From Heterodontus francisci (taxonomy: Eukaryota): a DNA stretch of 64,000 nt. The stretch is from contig NC_090381.1 in assembly GCF_036365525.1 (NCBI RefSeq), positions 77,851,174 to 77,915,173 on the forward strand, written 5' to 3'. Each line of letters starts with the position of its first letter. Positions within the stretch are counted from its first letter, which is position 1. The notes under the pieces are model-generated. The model was not told the origin of the DNA and did not search any database. It was given only the letters and a program-made list of their open reading frames with translations. Below, one piece after another: positions 24,950 through 37,632 of this stretch. The translations under genes and the position numbers were made by a program.

Positions 24950-27500
24950 TATGTCCCCCTTCAAAGGTTACTTCCTTTAAGTCTGTCCCTGGAAAGTACT
25001 CCCCCAAGTGACTTACAATGGCACTTTCAAACTCCCAACTGCCTAGCCTTTGGCCCTCTGTTACACAGGATATTTTTGCAGCTATGGATCTGCTCAATCA
25101 AACAATAACCTCCACCTTTAATGCCCTTGCCTCAGTATAGCTCTGATTCGCTCCCAACCTGGTCATTCCTTCTGACGCAGCCTCAATCTCTGTTTCCTTA
25201 AGTCCAAGGGGCACAGGTTTCTGCATGTAGTTTACAACTATTTTAGCCAATCATCACCAGGACCACATCAAGCATTAGTGAGCCCTTCTCTCCTCTGCCA
25301 AAACTGCTCTGCATTCCAGGATCATACCTGGAATGCAAAGATAACCACCAGGTTCTTCTTTTCTCTACTACAAAACCTCCCTCCTCCCTCCCTCCTCCAC
25401 CCACACCTCTGTTCAGTTGCCTCTGTTACATCCCTCCCTTCCCCTTCCACACCAAGCTAAGCTTGCCCCTAGGTTCTCCTGTACCCTTTCCCTGAACTGG
25501 CATCTTTCTCTAGTTTCTTTCCAATCTCCCCCAGTGCCCTTGCTAACAAGACCCACCTCCTGCGCTCTCAACCCTATTCCCACTAAACTGTCAATCATTC
25601 AATTTTCCTTCCCTAGCTAGCTTATATTATAAATAGCGCTCTACCCTCAGGTATTATACTCCACCCTTTCAAATCTGCCGTCATCACCCACCTCCTCAAA
25701 AAAACCTCACCTTCTTTGCCCTTGCAAACTACCGACCCATCTCCAACCTCCCTTTCCTCTTCAAAGCGTATGAACGTGTTTTGTCCTCCAAAATTCCTGC
25801 CCAACTTTCCCACAACTCCATGTTTGTAGTTCTCCAGTCAGGTTTCCACCTCTGCCACAGCCCTAATCAATTTCACACAACATCCTTTGTAACAGTGACC
25901 ATGGTGCACTATCCCTTCTCATACTTCTGAACCTCTTTGCAACCTTTGACACAGTTGGCCATACCATCCTCCTCCAACAGATCAGTAATCCAGCTGAGTG
26001 AGACTACCTTCACTTGGTTCCACACTAACCTATCCAGTCAAAGTCACAGAATCACCTGCAATGGCTTCTCCATACCCCACACCGTTACGTCTGTAGTAAC
26101 CCAAGGATATACCCTTAGACCCCTCCTATTTCTCATCTACATGCCGTCCCTCGGTAACATCATCCAAAGGAATGACATCATGTTCTACATGTAATATTGT
26201 GTGCAGTTTTGGTCTCCTTATCTGAAGAAGGATGTTCTTGCTATAGAGGGAGTGCAGTGAAGATTTACCAGACTGATTCCTGGGATGGCGAGACTGACGT
26301 ATGAGGAGAGATTGAGTCGGTTAGGATTATATTCGCTGGAGTTCAGAAGAGTGAGGGGGGGGGATCTCATAGAAACCTACAAAATTCTAACAGGACTTGA
26401 CAGGGTAGATGCAGGAAGGATGTTCCCGACGGTGGGGGAGTCCAGAACCAGGGGTCATAGTCTAAGGATATAGGGTAAACCTTTCAGGACTGAGATGAGG
26501 AGAAGCTTCTTCACCCAGAGAGTGGTGAGCCTGTGGAATTCGCTACCACAGAAAGCAGTTGAGGCCAAAACATTGTATGTTTTCAAGAAGGAGTTAGATA
26601 TAGCTCTTTGGTCTAAAGGAATCAAAGGGTATGGGGCGAAAGCAGGAACGGGCTACTGATTTGGATGATCAGCTCTGATCATAACGAATGGCAGAGCAGG
26701 CTCAAAGGGCCGAATGGCCTACTCCTCTCATATTTTCTACATTTCTATGTACACTGATGACACCCAGCTCTACCTCAACAACTCTTCTCGTGCCTCTGAT
26801 TTTAGGTTGCTTGTCTGATATCTGCTCCTGGATAAGCCACAATTTCCTCCAATTAAACATAGTGAAGATTGATGTCATTATCTTTGCCTCTCGTCACAAA
26901 CTTTGCTCTCTCACCACCGATTCCATCCCTCTTCCTGGCCACACTCTCAGGCTGAGCCAGCCTGTTCACAAACTTGGCATTATATTTAACCCTATTACCC
27001 TCTCGAGCACAAAGACTGCCTACTTCTATGTCCGTAACATAGCCCATCTACATCCCTGTCTCAATTTATCTGCTGCTGAAAACCCCATACATGCCTTGTT
27101 TTAACCTTCATATTTTCATGCATTCTTGGCCAGCCTCCAATCTTTCACTCTCTATAAACTTGAGTTCAAAATTCTGCTGCCCATATCCTAGTCTGCACCA
27201 AGTCCCGTTTACCCATCACCTAATGGTCCTGGTTCAATAATGCCTCAAATTTAAACTTCCGATCCAGACATTCAAACCCATTCATGGATACACCATTCCA
27301 CATCTCTATAACCTCCTAAACCCTTATAACTTTGAGAGCTCTCTTCCTTTAAGACACTCCTTAAAACTTGGTTGATCAAGCTTTTAGTCACCCATCCGAA
27401 TATCTCCTCCTTTAGATAACTGTTAATCTTTGTCTGATTACTCTTCTACGAAATGCCTCAAGAATTTTTCCTACATTAAAAGTGCTACATAAATGCTTAA
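24950..27500 (+). mobile_element. Decayed L2 LINE (RT to 3' end), interrupted by a CR1 fragment
   Basis: NYRPISNLPFL, QSG.., TQGYTLRPLLFLIYM, YTDDTQLY and NFLQLNIVK motifs, plus an L2-type tail. Confidence 0.8.
26193..26748 (+). mobile_element. CR1 3' fragment inserted in L2
   Basis: YCVQFWSP, YEERLSRLGLYSLE and TRGHSL motifs with a CR1 tail. Confidence 0.88.
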
Positions 27501-27639
27501 AAACATTGTGGTTTTATGTGAGCCCAAACATAAATTATACAGGTTATTCTATCATAAGTGGTATCACTGCCAAACCCAACTTGGAGTAGGTATCTTGTGT
27601 GATAATTTGCTCCTCCTTAGCCCACTACAGCATGGTGAA

Positions 27640-28296
27640 TCCTCAGTTTAGCATGTGTGCAGTCCTATAGCATGTAGCTTCACCAGGTTGGCATCTCATT
27701 TTTAGGTATACCTGGTGCTGCTTTTGGCATGTTCCTCCATAAGCCTCATTGAACGAAGATTGGTCGTTTGGCTTGATGGTAATGGCAGAGTGAGGGATAT
27801 GGGTACAGATTGTGGTGGAATACAGTTCTGCTGCTGCGGATGGCCACAGCGCCTCAAGGATGCCCAGTTTGAAGCTGCTAGATCTGTTCTGAATTTATTC
27901 CATTTAACACGGTGGTAGCGCCACATGATCGAGGTTTACCTCAGTATAAAGATGGGACATCTTCTCCATAAAGACTAGATGCTGGTCAGTTCGACCAACG
28001 CTGTCATGAACGGATGCATCTGTGACAAGTAGATCGGTGAGGATGAAGTCAAGTAAGTTTTTCTCTTGTGTTGGTTTTCTCACCACCTGCTGCAAACCCA
28101 GTCTGGTAGCTATGTCCTTCAGAACTTGGGGAGTTCAGTCAGTGGTGAGGCTACCAAGCCACTTTTGGTAATGGACATTGAAGTCCTCCATCCATATTAC
28201 ATTCTGTGCCCTTGATAATCTCAGTGCTTCTTCCAAGTGGTGTTCAACATGGAGAAGTACAGATTTATCAGTTGAAGGTGGGCAGTAGGTAGTAAT
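27640..28296 (-). mobile_element. LINE endonuclease fragment, same family as 28830-32012
   Basis: ITTYCPPSTDKSVLLHVEHHLEEALR..DFNVH and NLLDFILTD..DH motifs. Confidence 0.8.
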
Positions 28297-28670
28297 CGGG
28301 TGGGTGAGCCAGTGGTCCGGGGTTTGGGAAACAGGCGGTGAGCGGGCGGGGCGGTGAGCGAGCGGGTGGGTGGCGGGGGTCGGGAACGGGCGGAAGGAGG
28401 AGAGCACACCTGCAACCAGCAAGGTCTTCGGCTGCACTCACCCCACACCCGCTCTCTACCTGCTCACCAGGCCTCCTCTCCCCCCACACCTGCTCTCTCC
28501 GGCCCGGATCCCCCCCCCACCATCTGCCCGCGTTACACGATCTTCATCTGCGCATGCACCAACCCCATCTGCCGCGTTACGCAGCACATGCGCAGAGGGT
28601 AGGAACCAATCTGCGCATATGCGCAGATTGGCGCAGTCGGATGACGTAAACTGCCAGCTACGTTGTCAAT
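28297..28670. other. CpG/GC-rich segment with GC boxes, TGCGCA repeats and a perfect 26-bp palindrome
   Basis: ggggcgg motifs, several tgcgca motifs, ccaatctgcgcatatgcgcagattgg at 28606-28631 and tgacgt. CpGs are retained, unlike the flanks. Confidence 0.6.
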
Positions 28671-28829
28671 AATCACTTTGTTTATTTAATTAACTAAGCT
28701 TAAAATTTCCCAGCTGCTGTAGTGGAATTTGAATTCATGTCTCCAGATCATTAGTCCAGACCGCTGGATTACTACAGAGGTAACAACCAAAATGGTACCA
28801 AACCTGCCTAAACTAGTTAATGTCCCAGA

Positions 28830-31800
28830 CACTGCCATCACCATCCCCTGGTAAGTCCTGCCTCACAGGCAGGACAGACCCAGAAGAGGTGGAGGCACAG
28901 TGGTATACAGTCAGGAGGGAGTTGCCCTTCATGACCTCAACATCGACTCCGGACCTCATGAAGGCTCATGGCATCTGGTCAAACGTGGACAAGGAAACCT
29001 CCTGCTGATTACTACCTACTGCCCTCCCTCAGCTGATGAGTCAGTACTGCTCCATGTTGAACAGCACTTGGAGGAAGCACTGAGGGTGGCAAGGGCGCAG
29101 AATGTACTCTGGGTGGGGGACTTCAATGTCTGTCGCCAACAGTGGCTCGGTAGCACCACTACTGACCGAGCTGGCCGAGTCCTAAAGGACATATCTGCTA
29201 GACTGGGTATGCGGCAGGTGGTGAGGAAATCAACAAGAGAAAAAAATATACTTGACCTCGTCCTCACCAATCTGCCTGTTGCAGTTGCATCTGTCCATGA
29301 CAGTATTGGTAGGAGCGACCATCGCACAGTCCTTGTGGAGACGAAGTCCTGTCTTCACATTGAGGATACCCTCCATCGTGTTGTGTGGCACTTCTTTTGG
29401 GCCTCCTTATCTCGAGAGACAATGGATACGCGCCTGGAGGTGGTCAGTGGTTTGTGAAGCAGCGCCTGGAGTGGCTATAAAGGCCAATTCTGGAGTGACA
29501 GGCTCTTCCACAGGTGCTGCAGAGAAATTTGTTTGTTGGGGCTGTTGCACAGTTGGCTCTCCCCTTGCGCCTCTGTCTTTTTTCCTGCCAACTACTAAGT
29601 CTCTTCGACTCGCCACAATTTAGCCCTGTCTTTATGGCTGCCCGCCAGCTCTGGCGAATGCTGGCAACTGACTCCCACGACTTGTGATCAATGTCACACG
29701 ATTTCATGTCGCGTTTGCAGACGTCTTTATAACGGAGACATGGACGGCCGGTGGGTCTGATACCAGTGGCGAGCTCGCTGTACAATGTGTCTTTGGGGAT
29801 CCTGCCATCTTCCATGCGGCTCACATGGCCAAGCCATCTCAAGCGCCGCTGACTCAGTAGTGTGTATAAGCTGGGGATGTTGGCCGCTTCAAGGACTTCT
29901 GTGTTGGAGATATAGTCCTGCCACCTGATGCCAAGTATTCTCCGAAGGCAGCGAAGATGGAATGAATTGAGACGTCGCTCTTGGCTGGCATACGTTGTCC
30001 AGGCCTCGCTGCCGTAGAGCAAGGTACTGAGGACACAGGCCTGATACACTCGGACTTTTGTGTTCCATGTCAGTGCGCCATTTTCCCACACTCTCTTGGC
30101 CAGTCTGAACATAGCAGTGGAAGCCTTACCCATGCGCTTGTTGATTTCTGCATCTAGAGACAGGTTACTGGTGATAGTTGAGCCTAGGTAGGTGAACTCT
30201 TGAACCACTTCCAGAGCGTGGTCGCCAATATTGATGGATGGAGCATTTCTGACATCCTGCCCCATGATGTTCGTTTTCTTGAGGCTGATGGTTAGGCCAA
30301 ATTCATTGCAGGCAGACGCAAACCTGTCGATGAGACTCTGCAGGCATTCTTCAGTGTGAGATGTTAAAGCAGCATCGTCAGCAAAGAGGAGTTCTCTGAT
30401 GAGGACTTTCCGTACTTTGGACTTCGCTCTTAGACGGGCAAGGTTGAACAACCTGCCCCCTGATCTTGTGTGGAGGAAAATTCCTTCTTCAGAGGATTTG
30501 AACGCATGTGAAAGCAGCAGGGAGAAGAAAATCCCAAAAAGTGTGGGTGCGAGAACACAGCCCTGTTTCACACCACTCAGGATAGGAAAGGGCTCTGATG
30601 AGGAGCCACCATGTTGAATTGTGCCTTTCATATTGTCATGGAATGAGGTGATGATACTTAGTAGCTTTGGTGGACATCCGATCTTTTCTAGTAGTCTGAA
30701 GAGACCACGTCTGCTGACGAGGTCAAAGGCTTTGGTGAGATCAATGAAAGCAATGTAGAGGGGCATCTGTTGTTCACGGCATTTCTCCTGTATCTGACGA
30801 AGGGAGAACAGCATGTCAATAGTCGATCTCTCTGCACGAAAGCCACACTGTGCCTCAGGGTAGACGCGCTCGGCCAGCTTCTGGAGCCTGTTCAGAGCGA
30901 CTCGAGCAAAGACTTTCCCCACTATGCTGAGCAGGGAGATTCCATGGTGGCACTACCACCATGCTAAATGGGATAGATTTCAAACAGATCTCGCAATGCA
31001 AAACTGGGCATCCATGCAGCGCTGTGGGCCATCAGCAGCAACAGCAGAATTGTACTCGACCACAATCCGTAACCTCATGGCCCAGCATATCCCCCACTCT
31101 ACTATTACCATCAAGCCAGCAGACCAACCCTGGTTCAATGAAGAGTGGAGGTCATGCCAGGAGCAGTACCAGGTATACCTCAAAATGAGGTGTCAACCTG
31201 GTGAAGCTACAACCCAGGACTACTTGCATGCCAAACAGCATTAGCAGCATGCGATAGACAGAGCTAAGCAATCCCTAAACCAACAGATCAGATCTAAGCT
31301 CTGCAATCCTGCCACATCCAGTCGTGAATGATAGTGGACAATTAAACAACTAACTGGAGGAGGTGGCTCCACAAATAACACCATCCTCAATGATGGGGGA
31401 GACCAGTACATAAATGAGAAAGATATGGCTGAAGCATTTGCAACAATCTTCAGCCAGAAGTGCCATGTTGATGATCCATCTTGGCCTCCTCCTGAAGTCC
31501 CCAGCATCATAGATGCCAGACTTCAGCCAACTCGATTCACTCCGCGTGATATCAAGAAATGACTGAAGGCTACAGGATACTGCAAAGGCTGTGGGCCCTG
31601 ACAATATTCCCGCAACAGTACTGAAGACCTGTGCTCCAGAACTTGCCCGTGCCCCTAGCCAAGCTGTTCCAGTACAGCTACAATACTGGCATCTACCAAG
31701 TAATGTCGAAAATTGCCCAGATATGTCCTGTACACAAAAAGCAGGACAAGTCCAACCCGGCCAATTACCGCCTCATCAGTCTACTCTCAATCATCAGTAA

Positions 31801-32012
31801 AGTGATGGAAGGCGTCATCAACAGCACCATCAAGCGGCACTTGCTTAGTAATAACCTGCTCAGTGACGCTCAGTTTGGGTTCCGCCAGGGCCACTCAGAT
31901 CCTGACCCCGTTTCAGCCTTGATTCAAACATGGACAAAAGAGCTGAACTCTCAAGGGGTGAGGCGAGAGTGACTGCCCTTGACATCAAGGCAGCATTTGA
32001 CAGAGTATGGCA
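28830..32012 (+). mobile_element. Non-LTR retrotransposon of the CR1/L2 group (distinct family), EN to mid-RT, interrupted by an RTE
   Basis: VGDFNV, LDLVLTN, SDH, GPDNIP, NYRLISLLS, QFGFRQGHS and ALDIKAAFDRVWH motifs. Confidence 0.85.
29392..30946 (-). mobile_element. Young 5'-truncated RTE LINE with uninterrupted 492-aa RT/C-terminal ORF
   Basis: ORF 29444-30922 has QCGFR, FIDLTKAFD, GVKQGCVLAP, FADD and a C2H2-like CSTCGRACHSRIGLYSH. TSD gtggcac at 29385-29391 and 30947-30953. Confidence 0.95.
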
Positions 32013-32249
32013 TGAAAAGGTGCCAAATAAACTGTGGCCTATTACTTTGTGTCCTGCACCTAAATTCAATTGTAGCTTAAGATCTACTGGATTAAATTTA
32101 ATGCCAAGCAAAAGCTGTCAAAAATTCAGTTAATGGCAATTCCACTTACAATACATTGGACTGTAGCATGGGGGCATATACATTGATAATGCTGGCAAAC
32201 TGGTTGTTTTGAATTAGCAGTCAAAGAGACATGAGATGATCAGAATGAC

Positions 32250-34800
32250 TGATGGGAAGGCTGTGGAGCTGCTTGCAATCGTATTCTATACCACAAAGCC
32301 AACACCAGATAGGCATCATTCCTCCTTGCCTTGCCCAGACCAATAAGTGTATTCTGTCAATGAACCTACTTCTGTGAAGCAAACTTTGCTGAGTGCTTTA
32401 ATATCAATGACAAGCCAAGCTAGTTCTCTGGCAACAAGCATAGATCGCCTTGGAGGGCATATGCTGTCATCTGCGCCAGTCATTTCATGAACATTGCAAC
32501 ACGCAAAATTTTGGAATGTTTTGGCTCTTACTGTTACTTCTTTCTTTTGCACCAATGAGAGATGCCTGTTGACTGCGCTAAATCAATCGGGTAAGGTGAA
32601 AACTAGTAATGTTTGTGACACCTTTTCTGGACCTGTCTCCATTTGGAGCAAGCAGTGCTATCCCTAGAAAAGGCTGCTCAGTCGTTGAGTGCTGTCAAAT
32701 AATGTTGTCATCTCCAGGGCAACATTCAGATGACCCATATTTCTGAGCCGCCTACGTGCAGAATTGAGACAGAGTTACGCAGATAGCGGAGACATGAGAT
32801 CTTTTTACAAGTCCTTGAAGACCATTTATGGACCGTCCCACCTGACGCACGCAACACTACGATCGTCTGAGGGCACAACCCTGCTTACTGACAAAGAGGC
32901 CATCATGACCCAATGGTCAGAGCACTTTGAGAGCCTCTTTGGGTACGTAAGGTCTACGCAGGAAGCTTCGATGGCAAGGATACCACAAAGGGAAACAAAG
33001 TTCGAATTAGATGAACCTCTGACCTGTGAAGAGATCACGAGTGCTATCGCACTATTGAAGTCCCGCAAGGCCCTGGGTATCGATGGTATTCCAGCAGAGG
33101 TCTAGAAGCAAGGAAGAAGCGCACTTTTTGACCGGCTCACAGAGTTATTTACAATTTGCCGGGAGAAAGAAACAGTGCCACAGGACCTTCACAATGCAGT
33201 GATTGTCATCCTGTAGAAAAACAAGGGGGAAAAGTGGAACTGCTCAAATCACAGAGGGATTATCTTGTTCTCCATTGCAGACAAAATCTTGGCAAGAGTA
33301 TTTCTAAACAGACTTGTACGAACAATCGCCGAGGAAACTCTCCGAGAGCCAGTGTGGATTTAGACCAAGCAGAGGAACTATGGATATGGTCTTTGTACTG
33401 AGACAAATCCGAGAAAAATATAGGAAACAGAACACTGGGCTAATATATTTCCTTCATTGACCTCACAAAGGCCTTTGATACCAACAGCCAGGATGGACTA
33501 TGGGAAATATTGTTCAGACTGGGTTGCCCACCAGGTTCCTGGAGATACTATGCATGTAGGAGAGAAAGGCAAGGTGAAACTGAATAGAATACATTCTGAC
33601 AGATTCCCCATTGGCAATGGTGTAAAACAAGGGTGCGTTCTTGCACTGACCCTCTTTTCCATCTTCTTCGGTATGATGTTTCAGGAGGCCAAGGAAGATT
33701 CGACAAAGGGCATTTACATCTGTTTCCGATGGGAGTCTTTTCAACCTTTGACGATTCTTGGCACTTACAAGGACCACAGAAGTGCACATCTAGGAACTTC
33801 TTTTTGCTGATGACTGTGCCTTTGTGGCCCATACAGAGGAGCCACTACAGCTCATCGTGAACCATTTCTCTGAAGTAGCAAAGGCATTTGGCCTTACCAT
33901 CAGCCTGATGAAAACAGAAGTGTTGTTTGAACCCTCACCCTGTGAAAAATACAACCCACCACAGATCAATATCGATGACCAAAGTCTCAAGCACTTGATC
34001 CATTCACATATCTGGACAGCGTTATTTCAAATGACGCTTCCATCAGTAAAGACATTGATAATCGCTTGTCCAAAGCCAACAGCTCTTTTGGCCGCCTCTC
34101 TAAACGAGTCCAGAAAAAAAATCACTCCTTGCACATCTCCATAAAAATCCAAGTGTACAGAGCTGTTGTTATCACTACCCTTTCGTATGGCTCAAAATCT
34201 TGGATCCTGTACAATAAACAAATTAAGCCACCTGAAAGCTTCCTTTAACGTTGCTTGCACTCCATCATGAATATCAAATGGCAGGACTACATTACAAATA
34301 TTGAAGTTCTTAGAAGAGCAAATTCACCGAGCATGGAGAGCATTCTCCTACAACGACAGCTGCGCTGGTCAGGCCATGAGGCACATGGAGGACATCAGAA
34401 TACCAAAAGCAGCACTGCATGGAGACCTGTGCCTCAGGAAGCGGAACCAAGGTGCTCCACAAAAACTTTTCAACAACCAGGTGAAGAAACAACTCTCCTC
34501 GACTGACATCGAGCAACGGATGTAGGAGCAGGAAGGTGCTGACAGGAACAATTGGTGCACAAAAATCAGGAATGCTACATGCAGACTTGAATCCTTAAGA
34601 CACTAAGCTGCAGGAGAGAAATGTTGAAAACGGAAGGAAGCTGCTCGCGCCCGGGCTCCCCCAGTTCAAGAATTCCTGTGCCCCAAATGCTCAAGGGACT
34701 GCAGATCTAGAATTGGACTGTTTAGTTACCAGTAAGCGTGCCAACACCCATACAGCCGATTCTTCCCTTGATCCTTGTCTGTGAAGAACTAGCCATCATC
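32250..34800 (+). mobile_element. Second RTE family, with 5' UTR and EN start inverted (about 32250-32762, minus) joined to RT and 3' end (plus)
   Basis: Minus strand: ACCNV..RRSMLVARELA..IDI.ALS..YWSG. Plus strand: KALGIDGIPAEV, GVKQGCVLA, FADD, QLRWSGH and CPKC..CRSRIGL. Confidence 0.85.
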
Positions 34801-35420
34801 ACATTGGAGTGATAGCTGTTTACTTTAAAATCAGAAGTAAGAAGAAAAACATCCATTTAGGGCTCAGGGAGTTTTCAGCAAACCTAATTCAATCAGTGAT
34901 CTGATGCATGACAGCCTCCAGCAAATCAGCAGCTGTACCAACAATGGACATGGAGACTCCATGGTGATGTCATCTATCTAAGGAGATTAGCAACAAGGAA
35001 TAAACTAAAGATACAAGAGAAGGGGAGACAGACAACTCACTTTCTATGTTCTCAATTAGTTTTATCAAAATTGTTGTAGTCTTTCAACATTGTGTGTGTC
35101 GCACTTCTTGCTTTTCTAATTTTTCATTTCAAAATTTAAATGGGCAGGTGAACTTCGGACAAATAAGACTAACAATTCTCCAAAGGTTTCACTGATGCAG
35201 ACAATATGTCTTGGTTATGCTCTTTACTATCACAACTAAACTATATCAATTTACATATTTAATATATCATTTACACACATGAACTGGCTTGTTCCATTGC
35301 AGCATCTAATTCCAAGGTCAGTGGTTTTATTTTTGGGATACAACAGCAAGTCATAACATTTTCATTTTTACCTGTGGGCTCTTCAAATAAGTGACAAAAA
35401 TAGTGCACAGTCTTAGTTAC

Positions 35421-35560
35421 CTGGATAAGTTCTCCTCTCTTTAAGCCAGTTGAAACATCGCTGCTTGGTAAATAGGTTTCAAATATCTTCTTCCTCCCTC
35501 GCCCAGACCTTCTCCGATTCCGCTCATCATTAGGAATTGAATGTATAGCTAGATTTCCCA
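35421..35560 (-). CDS. DIS3L2: DIS3-like exonuclease 2, coding exon (140 nt, phase 1/0)
   Basis: Minus strand reads ttctttgcag|TGGGAAATC...CTTATCCAG|gtaact and translates to GNLAIHSIPNDERNRRRSGRGRKKIFETYLPSSDVSTGLKRGELIQ. This resembles DIS3L2 [28 protein letters not shown] and splices in frame to the 19040-19093 exon. Confidence 0.92.
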
Positions 35561-36454
35561 CTGCAAAGAACAGTATGCAGGTCATCAATAAAATTATGGA
35601 TTTCTCACATATTCAACCAAGCTGTCTGTCAACCTTCCTCTTCTCTCCCTTTTTGGCTCAGCATTTGTCTACCTTACACATTTGGTTGCGAAGTATCTTG
35701 GTACTTTGTTTGCTACATGAATGGTACTATACAAATGTAACTTGTTAGTTTGTACAAGAGTTGTTTTTTCAGAGTTACATGTACAACAAACTAATGCCTT
35801 TAACTGAAGGTATAAACTATATATTCAAACCTTTGTCTAGACAAAGTCAGTTTTTCATAATTTCTAGCAAAATTATTTTTCTACCTCCTGACAGAAAGGT
35901 AGTTTGTCATCATTGCTAGCTAAACAAATGAATCGATAATAGATTTTCCATGGCATTGTTTTTGGCAAGTTAATGGATTCACTATATAAATATAACTATC
36001 GTTGAAATATGTATGTATATATTTATTATGACCCAAATCTTCTAGATATCTATGTAGACAGATATGGTGATTGATAGAGAATGGGATTGGGTGGTGGTGG
36101 TACCAATAGGCCTCTAAACTCACATTTCTGAGAAAATTGGCACCTCTCAGTAGTATGAATTGTTCTACTGTCAAAGTTTAGTCATGCAGAAGGCTATTCA
36201 CTTCTCTGCTGCTGAATTCTTGCAGTTACTCATAATGCAACTAAATATTTTCAAATGAACTCATTAAAGCCCACCAATACCTGACCAAAACAAACATTTT
36301 AGTACCCAATGTACTTCAAGATTAGCCCTCCAGTTGTTCCATAGCACCAGCTTCTGGTCGCAATCAATATTATTGAATAATGCTGTTCTGTAATAGATGT
36401 AGTTTGTCCATAACGTAAATTATTGTGGTACTCCTCGATGCAAACCTAGAACCA

Positions 36455-37010
36455 AAATGGCAGGGAGGTCATGATGGAGCTGTATAAAATGCTAGTTAGG
36501 CCACAGGTGGAGTACTGTGTACAGTTCTGGGCACCACACTATAGGAAGAATGTGACTGCACTGGAGAGTGTGCAGAGAAGATTCACCAGGATGTTGCCTG
36601 GACTGGAGCATTTCAGCTATGAAGAGAGACTGAAAAGGCTAGGGTTGTTTTCCTTCAAGCAGAGAAGGCTGAGGGGGGACATGATTGAGGTATACAAAAT
36701 TATGAGGAGCATTGATAGGTTAGATAGAAAGAAACATTTTCCCTCAGCGGAGGGGTCAATAACCAGGGGACACAGATTTAAGGTAAGGGGCAGGATGTTT
36801 AGCGGGTGGTTGGAATCTGGAACGCACTGCCTGAAGAGGTGGTAGAGACAGGAACCCTCACAAAATTTAAGTAATTAAATGAGCACTTGAAATGCCATAG
36901 CATACAATGGTACGGGCCAAGTGCTGGAAAATGGGATTAGAATAGGTGCTTGATGGTCGACACGGACACAATGGACCGAAAGGCCTGTTTCTGTGCTGTA
37001 TGACTCTATC
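36455..37010 (+). mobile_element. CR1 3' fragment
   Basis: LYKMLVRPQVEYCVQFWAP, YEERL and TRGH motifs with a CR1 tail. Confidence 0.88.
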
Positions 37011-37147
37011 CGAGAGCTCAAAATTAACCACCTAAATTACAGCATCTTAATACAGAAAAATTATCTCACCTTTACAGAGCTTATATTCACAGTTCACTAA
37101 TATGCATTTAATATAATCTACATTTTATGAAAATATCGAGGTTTTTT

Positions 37148-37632
37148 TTAATTATTCATTCGTGGGATGTGGGCATTGCTGGCTAAGCCAGCATTTATTG
37201 CCCATCCCTAATTGCCCTAGAGGAGGTGGTGGTGAGCTGCCTTCTTGAACCACTGCAGTCCATGTGAGGTTTCCAGTGCGTAGGTCGATGCCAGGTGGTC
37301 TGTCCGGCTTCATTCTGCTTTATTGACTTCGCAGCGGTTAGATACAACTGAGTGGCATGCCAGGTCATTTCAGAGGGCATTTAAGAGTCAAACACATTAC
37401 TGTGGGTCTGGAGTCACATGTAGGCGAGACCAGGTAAGGACAGCAGATTTCCTTCCCCAAAGGACAGTGAACCAGATGGGTTTTTTTTACAACAATTGAC
37501 AATGGTTTCATGGCTATCATTAGACTAGCTTTTAATTCCAGATTTATTAATTACATTCAACCTTCTGCTATGGTGGGATTCGAATTCATGTCCCCAGAGA
37601 AATACCCTGGGTCTCAGGGCTACTAGTCAATA
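37148..37632 (-). mobile_element. tRNA-derived SINE whose 3' tail matches the LINE at 41315-42457
   Basis: Minus-strand head gggaggcggtggcataatg...gaattcgaatcccacc (A/B boxes). Tail catggactgcagtggttcaagaaggcagctcaccaccacc...gggatgggcaataaatgctggc...gaatgaat. Confidence 0.75.

Noticed and set aside
28221-28672. Several overlapping Pro/Arg-rich ORFs
   Set aside because: They are a by-product of high GC content, with no recognisable domain.
35271-35588. 105-aa ORF as a stand-alone gene
   Set aside because: Only 35421-35560 is exon and the rest is intron read-through.
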